Assembly (NCBI GenBank): GCA_051942205.1
Contig: JAVECO010000011.1
Coordinates: 1 to 64,000 of the forward strand
DNA: 64,000 nt
DNA from: Coniocarpon cinnabarinum
Taxonomy: Eukaryota
Direction: 5' to 3'
In this document: one piece after another, positions 11,733 to 24,300 of the stretch
Position numbering within the stretch: the stretch's first letter is position 1
How the letters are laid out: the number at the start of each line of letters is the position of its first letter
Notes under the pieces: model-generated
What the model saw: the letters and a program-made list of their open reading frames with translations, nothing else
Database searches by the model: none
What the model was told of the DNA's origin: nothing
Program-made: the position numbers and the translations under genes

Positions 11733-12230
11733 TGATGAGGGGCAAGGGTGGTTGTGAGTAGGAGTGGAACTGTGGTAAGTTCTGGTTCCAGGGAATGTGC
11801 AGCTCATGACAGAATTTGTAGAGGAAATTTGATGCTGTGTTGGCTGTCGCATGGCATCGCCTTCGCTCAGCTGATGTGGAATGCGGTGGAACTGAAGGGA
11901 CCAAAAGCATGTCAAAGCGCCGGTACTTCGTGAGAGTCTTGCTTTGAATTACAGCTCGTCTGCTGCTGAATGCATGTCTTGCTATCATGAAGCACATTGA
12001 CATTGTTCAGGCTACCTGCTTAGTAGATTGACCATAGTCTTACCATTTTCATCTGATATGAACGGATAGAATGAAAAGGCATTGAAATGGTCACTATACT
12101 AGATCCACGGTGTATTCATTGGCAAGTTCTGATGCAGTACTACAAACGCTTCTTTACCTGCTGCACGTCAAGATGCGCTGTGATCTTACGCGCATCTATG
12201 ACAACGCAGCGGCATTGTGCTACAGATTTA

Positions 12231-13930
12231 CTATGCCGTATACGTCGACGCCGATACGTTGCCACCTCGTCCGGTCCAATTGACGTGGTTATCTGCGCCC
12301 TCCGGGTACTTCTGGCTCGCAAATTGCGGCTTGATCTTGAACGTGTGCGCGCCGAAGTAATCTCTCTGTGCTTGCAATAGATTTGCAGGTAAGTTCTCAC
12401 TCCTCAGCCCGTCGTAGAATGACAATGCTGTGGAAAAGGCCGGGGTGGGGATACCGAGTCTTGCCGCGTCGGCCACGGTGCTACGCCAGCCCTCTTGTGC
12501 ATGTGTGATGGCCTCGTAGAAGAAGTTGTCGTAAAGCAGGTTCTCCAAGTCTGGGTTCTTCCGGTACGCGCTGGTGATGTTCTTGAGGAAGACGGATCGG
12601 ATGATGCAGCCGCCTCGCCACATAAGGGCAATGTCGGGCTTGTTCAGTTTCCACTTATACTCCTTGGCCGCTTCTTGCATGAGCATGAAACCCTGCGCGT
12701 AGGAGATGATCTTGGAGGCATAGAGGGCCTGCTCGAGGTTGTCGATGAACTTTTGCTTGTCACCAGAAAAGACTCCGGATGGTCCCTTGAGGAGTTTTGA
12801 GGCCTTGACACGTTCGCCTTTAATGGCGGAGAGACATCGCGAGAAGACGGCCTCGCCAATAAGAGTGACGGGCATGCCAAGATCGAGCGCATTGATGGCG
12901 GTCCATTTGCCAGTGCCTTTCTGACCTGCGGCATCCAGGATTTTCTCGAGCAGAGGAGAGCCGTCGTCATCGTTGTAATACATGATGTCGCGGGTGATCT
13001 CGATGAGGAAAGAATCCAGCACGCCCTTGTTCCATTTGGCGAACACATCGCCCATCTCCTTGTTGCTTAGGCCCAGTCCACGCTTCATTAGGTCGTAGGC
13101 CTAGTAGAAATGATTAGCATTTGGTGAAGTTGAGGCCTACACTGACTTTTGTTGGAACTCACCTCGGAGATCAGTTGCATGTCGCCATATTCAATACCGT
13201 TGTGCACCATCTTGACGTAGTGGCCTGCGCCTTCGTCGCCTACCCATTGGCAGCAAGGCTCGCCATCTGACTTCGCCGATATGCTTTGCAGAACGTCCTT
13301 GACATACGGCCAAGCCTCTTCATTGCCACCAGGCATAATGCTTGGGCCATAACGTGCACCTTCTTCGCCGCCAGATACACCAGTCCCCATGTAGCGGATG
13401 CCCTTTTCGGCGAGGTACTTGCAGCGCCGGTTGGTATCCGGGAAGTGTGAGTTTCCACCATCGATAATAATGTCGCCCGGCTCAGCACCAGCTTTGAGGA
13501 GGTTTTCTATGAATGCGTCCACTGCGGAACCGGCTTGAACTAACAGCATCATTCTTCGTGGCTTTTTAAGTTTTCGAACAAATTCTTCTGCGCTGTGTGC
13601 GCCGACTATTGATTTGCCTTTCGCTTCATTTTCGAGGAAGCGGTCGACCTTGGAAGTTGTGCGGTTGTAAGCGACGACGGTAAATTTGTGATCGGCGGCG
13701 TTCAGGATCAGGTTCTGACCTGGGAGTCAGAGTAAGCGAGCGTCCGGCATTCGTTTCCATGCCATTCGTTCATCAATAGCCATGTATTCAAGACAGGAGC
13801 ATACCCATCACAGCCAGGCCGATCAGGCCGAAATCCCCACTGTTGGCGGTCATTAGCCCAGCTCTGACAAAACCGCCGGCTGAGGCGGAGGGGATGTGCG
13901 GGGCACTTACACTGCTTCGCTCGAAGCCAT
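12231..13930 (-). CDS. gnd1: 6-phosphogluconate dehydrogenase, decarboxylating; exons 13930-13911, 13839-13805, 13719-13163, 13100-12231
   Basis: GLIGLAVMGQNL, GVSGGEEGARYGP, VKMVHNGIEYGDMQ, GQKGTGKWT, WRGGCIIRS and QAQRDYFGAH; three canonical introns keep the frame. Confidence 0.97.
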
Positions 13931-14561
13931 GACGGACGGGTGCAATTTGGGATCAGAGAATTGGGAGGTTCAGAAGAATGGTGAAAGGTAATAAAATAGG
14001 CCGTGTAGGAGAAGAAAAGCCAGGTTTAGGATTGCGAAAGCGCGAGCGGGTGTTGGTCCGCAGAAAGAAAAATTGCTGGGAGATGATGGTCTTGGTGGGG
14101 CGCTCCGATGTAATTCGGTGCGCAAAGGATGACGTTTAGCTTTGATTAATCCTACGTTGTCTTGCACCTGTAGTTTGACCTATGACACTGAGAACACTAC
14201 AGTATCTCCGGCACTCTGCATTTCCTTCTGTCGCCTTGAAGCCGCACAAGCCGCGTTCAAGACCTGAAAAGCGCAACAAACAGCCCCGCCATCGTAGACA
14301 ATCGAGGCCGCAAGGTGCCGCAGTTCTTCGCGCTAGGCGTGAAGTGGAAGTAGCTGATAGCCAAGTCTGTTAGCTATAGATATTTATCGATTGGGCCCGC
14401 AAGACCTTTGCCAAATCTCAGTGTCAATACGACACTCTTTACTGCTGACCTCCGCAACAACCGCCCACTCAAACACCTGTCAGCGGTCGCTTAGCTCAAT
14501 CACGAGCTGTGCTCATAGGTCGAACGCAAGCATTCTTGCGTAGGTACGTCCGTTTGGAGGG

Positions 14562-15506
14562 ATGTCTACATCTCAGCGGTCAGCTCATCCGTCGCTCCCT
14601 CAGAAACCGCCAGCCAGCACCAATGACTCCGCGAGAGCTTTCTCTTTCAAGCCTCGCAACATAGTCAATCCAGCTCCTCCGCCATCTTACTCCAGTCCTC
14701 AGCCAGTTTATCCATCTGCGTTTGCGCCGCCACCGTCTTCTTTCGCTGCACAGCCGGGATACCATGCGCAGCCCCAGCCCTACAACTATGACTACAACCA
14801 AGCCAGTCCTCCACAAATTCTCAACCCCTTTGCTGCACCTGGTCAAACCCCTGCGGCTGGACAGTCTGGCACGAGCCCAGCGGGAGCATCTGGTTACAAC
14901 GCCGAGGAAGCTGCAGCAATAGCACAGTGGCAAAGCGCCTACGCCAACAACAGTGACCAGCCTGCCAACAAGTTTGTGTCTCACAGCTCTAGTGGTGGCG
15001 CGGTCGCTCCCTCAAAACAAGAGCAGCAGCCAGAGAAGAAAGACGACAAAAAGAAGACGGTTGTCCGTTCGGGCGGCGGTGAGACATGGCAAGATGATTC
15101 TCTTCTGGAGTGGGATCCGACGCACCCCCGCTTTTTCGTCGGCAACCTGGCTGGTGAAGTAAGCGATGACTCTCTTCTGAAGGCGTTTGCAAAATACACC
15201 TCTGTTGTTAAAGCCCGTGTAGTGCGAGACAAGAGAACTACCAAAAGCAAAGGATATGGATTCATCAGCTTCAGCAACGCGGAAGAGTTCCAACGCGCGG
15301 GTAAGGAAATGCAGGGCCGGTACATCGGCAGTCATCCCATTATCCTGCGTCGTGCAAAGACCGACGTAAAAGCCAGCAACGCGCCCGACAAGAATGCCAA
15401 AAATCGAGGGAAAGCTGGAAACGCTGGTGGTCATGGCAAGGGTGGAGGCAGCGGCGGAATACAAAAGCAGAAGAAGAACAAAGGCGGACTCGATATCCTG
15501 GGCTGA
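14562..15506 (+). CDS. RRM RNA-binding protein, RBM42-like
   Basis: VVRSGGGETWQDDSLLEWDP followed by an RRM (FVGNL; KSKGYGFISF; EMQGRYIGSHPI) characteristic of the RBM42 family. Confidence 0.88.
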   Translation: MSTSQRSAHPSLPQKPPASTNDSARAFSFKPRNIVNPAPPPSYSSPQPVYPSAFAPPPSSFAAQPGYHAQPQPYNYDYNQASPPQILNPFAAPGQTPAAGQSGTSPAGASGYNAEEAAAIAQWQSAYANNSDQPANKFVSHSSSGGAVAPSKQEQQPEKKDDKKKTVVRSGGGETWQDDSLLEWDPTHPRFFVGNLAGEVSDDSLLKAFAKYTSVVKARVVRDKRTTKSKGYGFISFSNAEEFQRAGKEMQGRYIGSHPIILRRAKTDVKASNAPDKNAKNRGKAGNAGGHGKGGGSGGIQKQKKNKGGLDILG

Positions 15507-16411
15507 GGTGCGTGCACATTGAAGACTTGCAATCCAGTCGCATATTCAGACGTTGGTCTCGAACTCTGCGTCCTCGAAGACTATGAGCTGATCTTTCGAT
15601 GAGAGCATGCATTCGAGCGCTGATGTCTGTGTGCGGCGTCGCCGAACATGCAGGCAATGCCCAAATTTGGTTGCATCACTGCTCGAACTTGAGCAAATCG
15701 TCATCGACAGATTTACAACCAATGGCCCTAGGTCGAAGGATGATGTCTCGAGCACGATTAAGGACCGCCGGCACATATCTAAGGCGAGGGTCATGCAAGG
15801 CGAGCGCGTGTATCAGTGGAGAACATTCTGGGAATTGATGGCGTGCATGCGTAGCGTAGTAGTTAGGTGGATAGTCAATATGAAGAAGTAGCGGTGAACA
15901 TATCACCGATAGCATGCATGTGATCCTCACTGACGACGTTGCGACACACTTTCATGAGGCACATTCATGTTTGAGAAATTGTGAATTTGCAAGGAGCTTC
16001 CATTGGCACTTGGTAAAGAAAATGGACGAGGAAATGGGCACCCTTGGTTGACCAGAGAGACAACCACGGGTGAGCGCGCTAGCGTACCCGCCGGAGGGAA
16101 CTCCCAAGCGCCCCCAAACTGCCCAAAAGGCTCAAGCTGAGGATCAGCACAAGCTCCTCACTTTCGCGACTGCTGGTTCCTTCCTCTGCTCCAAGACAGC
16201 TTCCACCTGTCTGGACTTCTTCCCTTCTTTCCTCATCCCAACTTGCAAGATTTCTTTCGTCCTTCTCCGTCGCTCCTTTGGCCCTTCTTGTTTGAGTGTC
16301 TCGGAACGCGGGCGTGGTGGGTGCTGACTTTAAGAAGACTTAAGCTGTAGCATGCAACCCGCGCAAGGCGTTATTTAGCTGAAGCATACGTGACTTGTCC
16401 TTTGGAGTAGT

Positions 16412-17322
16412 ATGGCGTCCGTCTCCGAGAACAAGCGTCAGTCTGTCGGTAATAGAGTTGCAACGCCCAAGACACCCGCAGGCGCCACGTCTCCCGTGCA
16501 AAGCTCGACGGACATCGACCAAGCGTTGGCAAAAGCCATTGGCGCACGGTAAGTGAGACATACAGAGCCTCAAACACAGATTGCGCCACTTAGGCACTGG
16601 CAGTCGATCTTGATCTGTTCCTGGTGCAGAACGACGGCCGCGAACTTCCATTTTTATGCTCCCCATGCTGACAGGTTGTCATAGTGTCACACTTACCACC
16701 GCTCCTCCTCATTCTCAGCAGTTCAAAGGCATTCTTTTCACCGCCGACCGCATCACCAATGTCATCGCCATAGCCGCTTCAGCCAACAACAGTCAACCCT
16801 CGGACTTCCACCTGATCCACACTTCTCGCATTGCTAGCTTCCAGGTAGACTCGCGCAATCCGACAGGCTCAACATCATTCATGGATGCAATGCCCAGCAT
16901 AGGGCCCGTTGATCTCAAAGAGGCCGAGACGCGCGAAGTGCGAGCAGTCACATTGGAGAAGGAGAAGGAGCAGCGGCGCAAGCAGGGCATCACTCCCGAG
17001 GCCGAGGACCTCTTTATTGCAATCGAGAGGATGTACGTGCTGATCGCAAGACTGTCGCGGAGTCCCGACAGCGTTATCTCGTGGACATTCCAGACGCTAA
17101 CAGACGTGTTGTAGGTTGCCAATTCGGTGGGCTGGCGAGAAGATGGTCGTCAATGAGAATGTCCTCATAACAGCACCTTTCAGACCAGAGAATTGCCAGG
17201 CGCCCAAAGGAAATGACGCCGGACTCGCGCGAGTCAAAAAGACCGTTGAGAACATCTGGGCAAAGAACGCTGAGCGAGCCTCAAGGAGTGGCACCCCACA
17301 ACCGCCGCGAAAGGGTGGTTAG
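16412..17322 (+). CDS. Lsm12-like protein (Lsm fold plus anticodon-binding domain); join(16412..16548,16685..17032,17115..17322)
   Basis: AIGARVTLTT..FKGILFTAD..DFHLI..GITPEAEDLF..MLPIRW..VLITAPF..LARVKKTV after splicing two introns. Confidence 0.8.
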
Positions 17323-17765
17323 CAGCCGGCACGGTTTTGGATAGGTGCGAAGCTCGCTTGATATTACTAGAGACCCATTCCCGGTAGCTTGCGTGCGCAG
17401 AGGTGAGCTCTGAGCTGGATGCAGCACTGGAGGGCACGCCGCAAGGCCAGAAGAGAGGAGACTGCGTGGCAGCTACAATGCCATTTCAATCTCTAGGGAA
17501 CGGGATTATTTGGAGACTATGCTTACTCCAATTTTGGAAAGGAAGCTCGACTTGAAAGCAATTTCTGCTCTGCTGGCGGACCCAGCCTAGAAGCTCGGTG
17601 GGAGCTCTGTCGAGAACTGTAGAGCAGAGATGTCACCATCTGTCAATTGTCTCATGCTCATCAATGCTACTCAGCTGCTGCAAGGTATATTCCAAGACGC
17701 TCATTCCGTCCGCCGCCAGCTTTATTTCTCTTCAGCGTTCGGACAAATACAGTAGATCTATAAAC

Positions 17766-18439
17766 ATGGCGTCATTTCCACCGGCAGCAATGCAACCTGT
17801 TCTGCATGAAGTGACTACGCTCTTGAAAGAACGACAGGAAACTGTGGCTGTAGCCGAGACGGTGCGTGACAGTCAACTTTCAATCACGCATGTGTGGAGG
17901 CTTCGCCCTCCAACAATGGCACTGACACGCTCAGGCGGCTGGCGGTCTGATCAGCTCTTCACTGTTAGCAGTTCCAGGTGCCTCTGGCTATTACAAAGGC
18001 GGTCTCACCGTAGGCGGACGCCCCCTTGTATGCGCCTTGTTCCGACGACTCACTTGCACAGCTTTACACACTCCCCTCCCGCATCGCGTATGCGAACTGG
18101 ACCCCGCGGCATTTGCAAGACTACGCGGGGCCAACCCCCAGCATTGTTCAAGAACTTGCCGAGAACACACGATCCAACATCGCAAAGGCAGAACAAGACA
18201 TTGGCAAGGGTCATGGCCCCACTTATGTGATCGCCGAGAGTGGCACTGCTGGACCTACGGGAGGAACGAGCAGGAATCGGCAACCCGGCTACGTTGCCTT
18301 GGCGGTGAGTACCCCCAAGGGGACGGCCACGAGGGAGATTGAGACTGGGACGAGCGAGAGAACGGAGAACATGCAGTTGTTTGCGAAGGAGGCTCTGGTG
18401 CTGCTGAGAGATGTCATCAAGGGGGAGGTCAAGCTGTAA
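17766..18439 (+). CDS. CinA C-terminal / PncC-like protein; join(17766..17861,17935..18009,18062..18439)
   Basis: TVAVAETAAGGLIS..PGASGYYKGG..ESGTAGPTGG..PGYVALAV..RTENM, a CinA-C pattern; two canonical introns. Confidence 0.85.
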
Positions 18440-19245
18440 TTGATATCGTGGTGAGAGTCTGTGACCGGTCACGGGACGAGTCCAACGTCAAAAGCGGTGG
18501 GCAAGCAAATTCGCTTGAAAACGAATAGCTAAATCCCATGGAGATGCTCAAGGACAATGGGTAAAGTTAGGTTGTATCAACAGTGGCAGTAAATGCGAAC
18601 AAGAATCCTTTGAAGTGGATTGCCTCACTGCGCCTACGGACGAGGCCGAAAGGCGTATACGTAGGTACATTCGTTCGCAGCTCGCGGCTTGTCTGAGCCC
18701 GACGCCCCTCGGGATCCCGCGATGCGCCATGGGGGGAGGAGCTGAGATTTGGGAGGGTTTTCCTTCTAGAAGACTTCCATTGTGTGGGAGTTTGGAACCA
18801 ACGTTTACTCACGTGGCACCTCACTTCACCGCGCATTCTTACGGTCACTGCGCATCTGCGCGCAGCAGCCAATGGAGAAAAGTCATGACCTACCAAGGAT
18901 CGGTACGAGCGGTCTTGGCTGCTGTAACTAGGCCGTAAGGAGCAGGCCTAAGAGCCTCAGCGGAATACTACCGGCGATGCACTGCCTCTAAATTCCTGGC
19001 CGAGATGTGCGCCAAACCAATTTGAGAGCATCTGCGGAGAGTGTCGTCAACATCTGAGCTCCTTCTCCACCTTGAATCTTCTCTGACACGCTGGCATTGC
19101 CACTTGACGATCCATTTTGTGTGCGAAGGCATATATATATTCTGCTCCTATACATCGTCAAGTACCAGCGATCGATCACTCTCGCAGCACTGAATTGGCT
19201 CCCTTGCATTTCAATTCACCTGCATTTGCCACCAACTAAATTGTC

Positions 19246-20344
19246 ATGGACTCCAAGTCTGCCTACTCCGACAACAGCAATGGCAAGCAGCGTGCTGCCA
19301 ATGGAGGCGGCATGAATGAGCCTCTCGCCAAGGTGCAGCCTCCTCGCCGCGAGGACCTTCAGCCTTCTTACGCGCAGGTTCTTCAACCCGACACTGAAGA
19401 TGCCTCGGCGCACACTTGGTATGGGTCGATGATTGATGTTCTTGGGCGATGCATCGGTACCGCAGGAGCTGTCCCATGCTGTGTCGTATGCCCAAACCCA
19501 TACAAGCCCGTCGAGCAAGGTACAGTTGGCCTCATCACCAAATTCGGCCGCTTCTCGCGCGCTGTCGACCCCGGTCTGGTCAAGGTCAACCCGCTTAGCG
19601 AGTCGCTCACCAAGGTCGATGTCAAGGTGCAAATCGTTGGTAAGTCTCGCCGATCAACACTCTTTTTGCGCACAGCTGATCACCTTCACAGAGGTTCCTC
19701 AACAAATCTGTATGACCAAGGACAATGTCACCCTGCGATTGACCTCAGTCATCTACTACCACGTCACTTCACCCCACCGTGCCGCTTTCAGCATTTCGAA
19801 CATTCGCACTGCGCTCATTGAGCGGACACAAACAACTCTCCGTCATGTCATTGGTGCGCGCGTCCTACAAGACGTGATCGAACGCCGCGAAGAGATTGCT
19901 CTTTCCATTCGCGAAATAATCGAAGACACTGCTGCAGGCTGGGGAGTCGCGGTCGAGTCCATGCTCGTCAAGGACATCATTTTCTCACAGGAGCTCCAAG
20001 ACAGTCTGTCAATGGCTGCGCAAAGCAAGCGCACCGGTGAAGCCAAGGTCATTGCTGCTCGCGCAGAAGTTGAATCTGCCAAGTTGATGAGGCAAGCTGC
20101 CGACATCTTGAGCAGCGCACCTGCCATGCAGATCCGATACCTCGAGGCGATGCAGGCAATGGCCAAGACGGCTAACAGCAAGGTCATCTTCCTCCCCGCA
20201 AATAACCAGAGCATGGCGGGCCAGTTGGAGGCGCCGAATGCGGTGGGCGAAGGCCCAAGTGACCAAGCTCAGGGACATGACTTCAGCTTCGGTGCAAATG
20301 GGATGAGCACTGCGACCAACGCGCGCATGGTCGAGAACATTTGA
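19246..20344 (+). CDS. Stomatin-like SPFH/band 7 protein; join(19246..19639,19692..20344)
   Basis: CCVVCPNPY..GLITKFGRF..PGLV..EVPQQICMTKDNV..QTTLRHVIG..AMQIRYLEAMQ. Confidence 0.93.
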
Positions 20345-21306
20345 AGAGCATGATGTATGAGTTTTTGACTTACGATGGCGTTGTTTGCTACGATGGATTA
20401 GGAGGCATTGATACCCCCTTAGTTTGAATTCAGTAGTGAAAGATGCGTGCTTTGTTCATGCTCTTGACGGCTATTTCTTATTATGTTCGAAATTCGTTCC
20501 ACATAAATGCTATCCCACATTAATCTGCATGATTGCGTGAGCGCGCGGTTGTTCACAAGATCCGCTACAGAGCCAAGCAAGCCTAGGCAGCCCCAGCCCT
20601 ATAGATCCTGCAGTCTCAGACATCTCCAAGACACACACCCGGATCCAATGTTGGGGACGTGCGTGCAATCGACCCGCGTGCAAGACTTTGCTGTCCATGT
20701 GTGGACATTTGTGGGTGAACGGCAAGACTGGGAGTGGCAAGCTTGGGTCACAAGAGGAGAACAGAGGAGAGGGCGGCAATGATGAAAGAGATCTGGACTT
20801 CCATTTCCAGCGATGTATCAGAAGCCAGACAGGTAGCTTTACAACACGTTTTGATACTACCCATCGTCGTTCGCCCAACACCACCTGCTCCCTCTGACGC
20901 TTCGTGTCTCTTCCCGTCTCTCCCTGCTCTCCTCGTGTGCGAGTGCCCGTTCGACCTCTGTCATTGCTCACTTAGCTGTGACGCCTTGACCTTTCCGCCG
21001 CGCTTCTGCGTAGCCGACCTGAAAGCATCGCCGCCCCTCTTCACCGCATCTACCCGTCACACTTCTTTCTTAGGCCACCAAACCTCCTTCGAGTGATCAA
21101 AGACTCCCGCGACGATATCTTCTCAACCTGGAATTAAACAGCTCTCACCTCCGCCGTCCATGGGCCGCGTTGCCCGTGTCTTTAAACTCCGCTGCCGCCA
21201 TTGATCGGCTCCATTGTCCTCATGCACGACTCTGACACAAGCTCCTGATGACTGCGTTTCCCACCTAGTTCCGACTGCTCCCATCCCGTCAGATCGACTC
21301 AGGGCC

Positions 21307-24300
21307 ATGTCCGCTCCTGTTGCGTACCATTCCAACCGCCAAGGCTCGAGCAGCAGTACTCAGTCCCAAGACACCGTCAAAGGAGCGCCACTCCCATCTA
21401 CACCGCCCGTACTGAACAAAAGAGATCGGAAATGGTAGGCGAGATGCTTGCAAGCTTATTGTCCCTGTATTACAACACATGTCCGCTGACAAGGGTTTCC
21501 CTAGGTCGTATGACGATGGCCAGGTTTCACCAGGGTCTTGCCCGAAGCCGCAGTCCCAAAGAGCAGATATAGCACCCTGGGATACGGATGTGCCTCCACC
21601 GCCTCCGCCCAAGAACGAAACCGTCAATCATCAAAACTTCAAACTCAACAGCAACGGACCCTCTGCAAAGAGCCGTCCCAACCCTCACATATCTCAGCTC
21701 CAGCAGCGCACAGGTCAGAACAAAGCAGCCGTAATGAGCAAGGATAGCGGGAATTATACCAGCTCTAATATCAGCGTCCAACCACCTTCAGAGTCTCAAG
21801 CATCGTGGTTGAACATCGATGAAAACAGCCCAGACAGCGAACGACATGCACCGTTCTTGCATAACTCGTCGGAGGACCAGGCCCGGCGACCATCAGTGCA
21901 GTCTTTTGCTACAGCGAGCAGTTCAGGTTCGGGAGCAAGCCGTGTCAAGTCTAAGAGATTACAAGGATGGTTTGGAGAGGACGATCTGACGAGAGATCTC
22001 CGGTCGAAGCAGGAACTCAAGACTACAGGTAATGACGATCTTCAGCAGAAAGGCCAGCATAGCTCGAAATCTTCAAGAAGTAGGAATCAGAGTAACAACC
22101 AATCGCCTGGCCACTCTCAACCGCGGACACCAAACGAACCTTCCAGCGACGTGACACCGTGGTTGTATCAGGATGCCGGTGACATCTCGTACTTTGGTGA
22201 CGCGCCGGTCCGATCAAACCTGACCGAACAAGATGCAACGAGTCGCGCTCGCACGAATGCGAGTTCGAAAGCGAGCAGCAGTCATCACCATCGATTCCCC
22301 TTCCACCGGCATAGAGCGACCAAGAGTTCAGAAGATCCGGCAGTGAACGCTGACTCGGGTAATGATTCGCACTCCTTGCGACAGATGCTGTCCAAGTCGG
22401 AACCGTTTCCTGGGCTGCAAAAAGAGTCGTCACGGAACCAAGGTCCTCAAATCACTAATGAACGTTCGCCGAGCCCGCCGCCTTTCAGCGTGGATCAGGT
22501 TGATGGCAACTCGAAAAGGATATCTGGGGACAGCGACAAGGTTCAGAAGCGCCAAAAGTTGCTGAACGTCTTCAGAAGTCGTCACAAGACCAACGATCGA
22601 GAGGAGCCGGAGCAATTTCGACCAAGTACTCCATCAGGCTCAGTCTCGTTTGGGTCCAAGCTGACCCGAGAGGCGTCGAAGAGCAATGTTGCCCTCGAGA
22701 TTGGTGCACCACTTGAACCGACATCCAGTGTTAATCGACCTAGGACAGCAACACGACCAGGCCCGTCTGGCGACGCTGGCAAGCAACCGTCAAAAAGAGA
22801 CAATCATTCTCGGATACCTTTCATATCTCGGAGAACCGCGACATCTACCGAAGTTCCCAAATTCCGTGACCCCAATCAAATCAGCGGCGACAGAGATGAG
22901 CATGGCACTCAATGGGTTCTGAATACGGATTTGAAGGACATGTCTGGTATTGTCGCAGCGCCTGATCCTACGGAGAAGCCACTGCCTAGCGCTATCAACA
23001 AGCTCGAGATGGTGGACATGGTCAATCCATCTGAGAACGTGAACGCCAACTGGGATGCTCCCGACAGCTGGGCGGTCAAACGAAAGGGTCAAGAAAACGA
23101 CATGAAGCTTCACGAGATAGATCGAGAAGGACCTGCCGAGAATTTCGACACTGGCGTGCCACATAGTATACGGTTGTATAAGACGGATGGCTCGTTCAAA
23201 ATAGTTTCCAGAGGTCTGAACACAACCACCGCCGAGCTCATCAGCCTGATGGGTCAACAATCAAATCCTCAGGATGATGTGAATCACTTTCAAATTGTTA
23301 TGCAGAAAGGCAGCACGTCACGACAATTAGATCCCGGCGAGAGACCGTTGCTAATCCAAATGCGCTTACTCGAACAGGCCGGCTATGATGAGACTGACCA
23401 CATCGAAGAGATCGGTCGAGATGATAATTCATATCTGTGCAGGTTCACCTACATGCCAGCCAAGATGATTGGTTACTCGGTGCATGACAAAGACCTCAAT
23501 TTCAACACCAAGCAAAAATTCAGCAATGTTGATTTGCACAATCGAAGCCTGAACACGATACCTATCGCTTTGTATCAGAAGTCGTCGGAGATTGTGTTCT
23601 TGAACCTATCACATAATCTTAATCTGGACGTGCCCAAGGATTTTGTCCAAGGCTGTACCAGTCTTCGAGAACTACGCTATACAGGGAATGAAGCAGTGCG
23701 GTTACCACAAAGCTTTTGCTTGGCCAATCGCTTGACCGTGCTGGACGTCTCAAATAATCGCCTGGAGTCATTAGAAGGCAGTGATCTCGAAACGCTGCCA
23801 ACACTTGCAAGTCTGAAGGTAGCAAACAATCGCTTGAAACACTTACCCCAGTCATTTTCTCATTTTAGAAGCCTACGCTCTCTCAATTTGTCGTCGAATT
23901 CGCTGGAGTCATTACCGGAGGCGATCTGTCATTTGAAAAGCCTGGTCGATCTTGACATCAGCTTTAATGCAATTGAGCATATACATAATGTTAGTGGTCT
24001 AGTCAATCTTGAGAAGCTCTGGGCAACAAACAACAAGCTTTCAGGCAAGCCCGAAGATGGAGTAGTGAACTTAAAACGTTTGAAGGAAGTCGACATTCGC
24101 TTTAACCAGATCGACAATATTGATGCTCTCTCACAGCTTCCGGAACTAGAGCATCTCACCGCCGGTCACAACTCCATCTCGTCCTTCGATGGGTCATTTA
24201 CGAAAGCCAAAACGTTGTATTTGGATCACAACCCTATGACACAATTCAAGCTTGCCCACCCAGTGCCAACCTTATCAATTCTAAGTCTAGCATCTGGAAA

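Noticed and set aside
13840..13910. Possible alternative splicing of gnd1 intron 1 to add a peroxisomal signal
   Set aside because: The in-frame alternative AG lacks a branch site and encodes no PTS2; the stop is TAG TAA, so no read-through PTS1.
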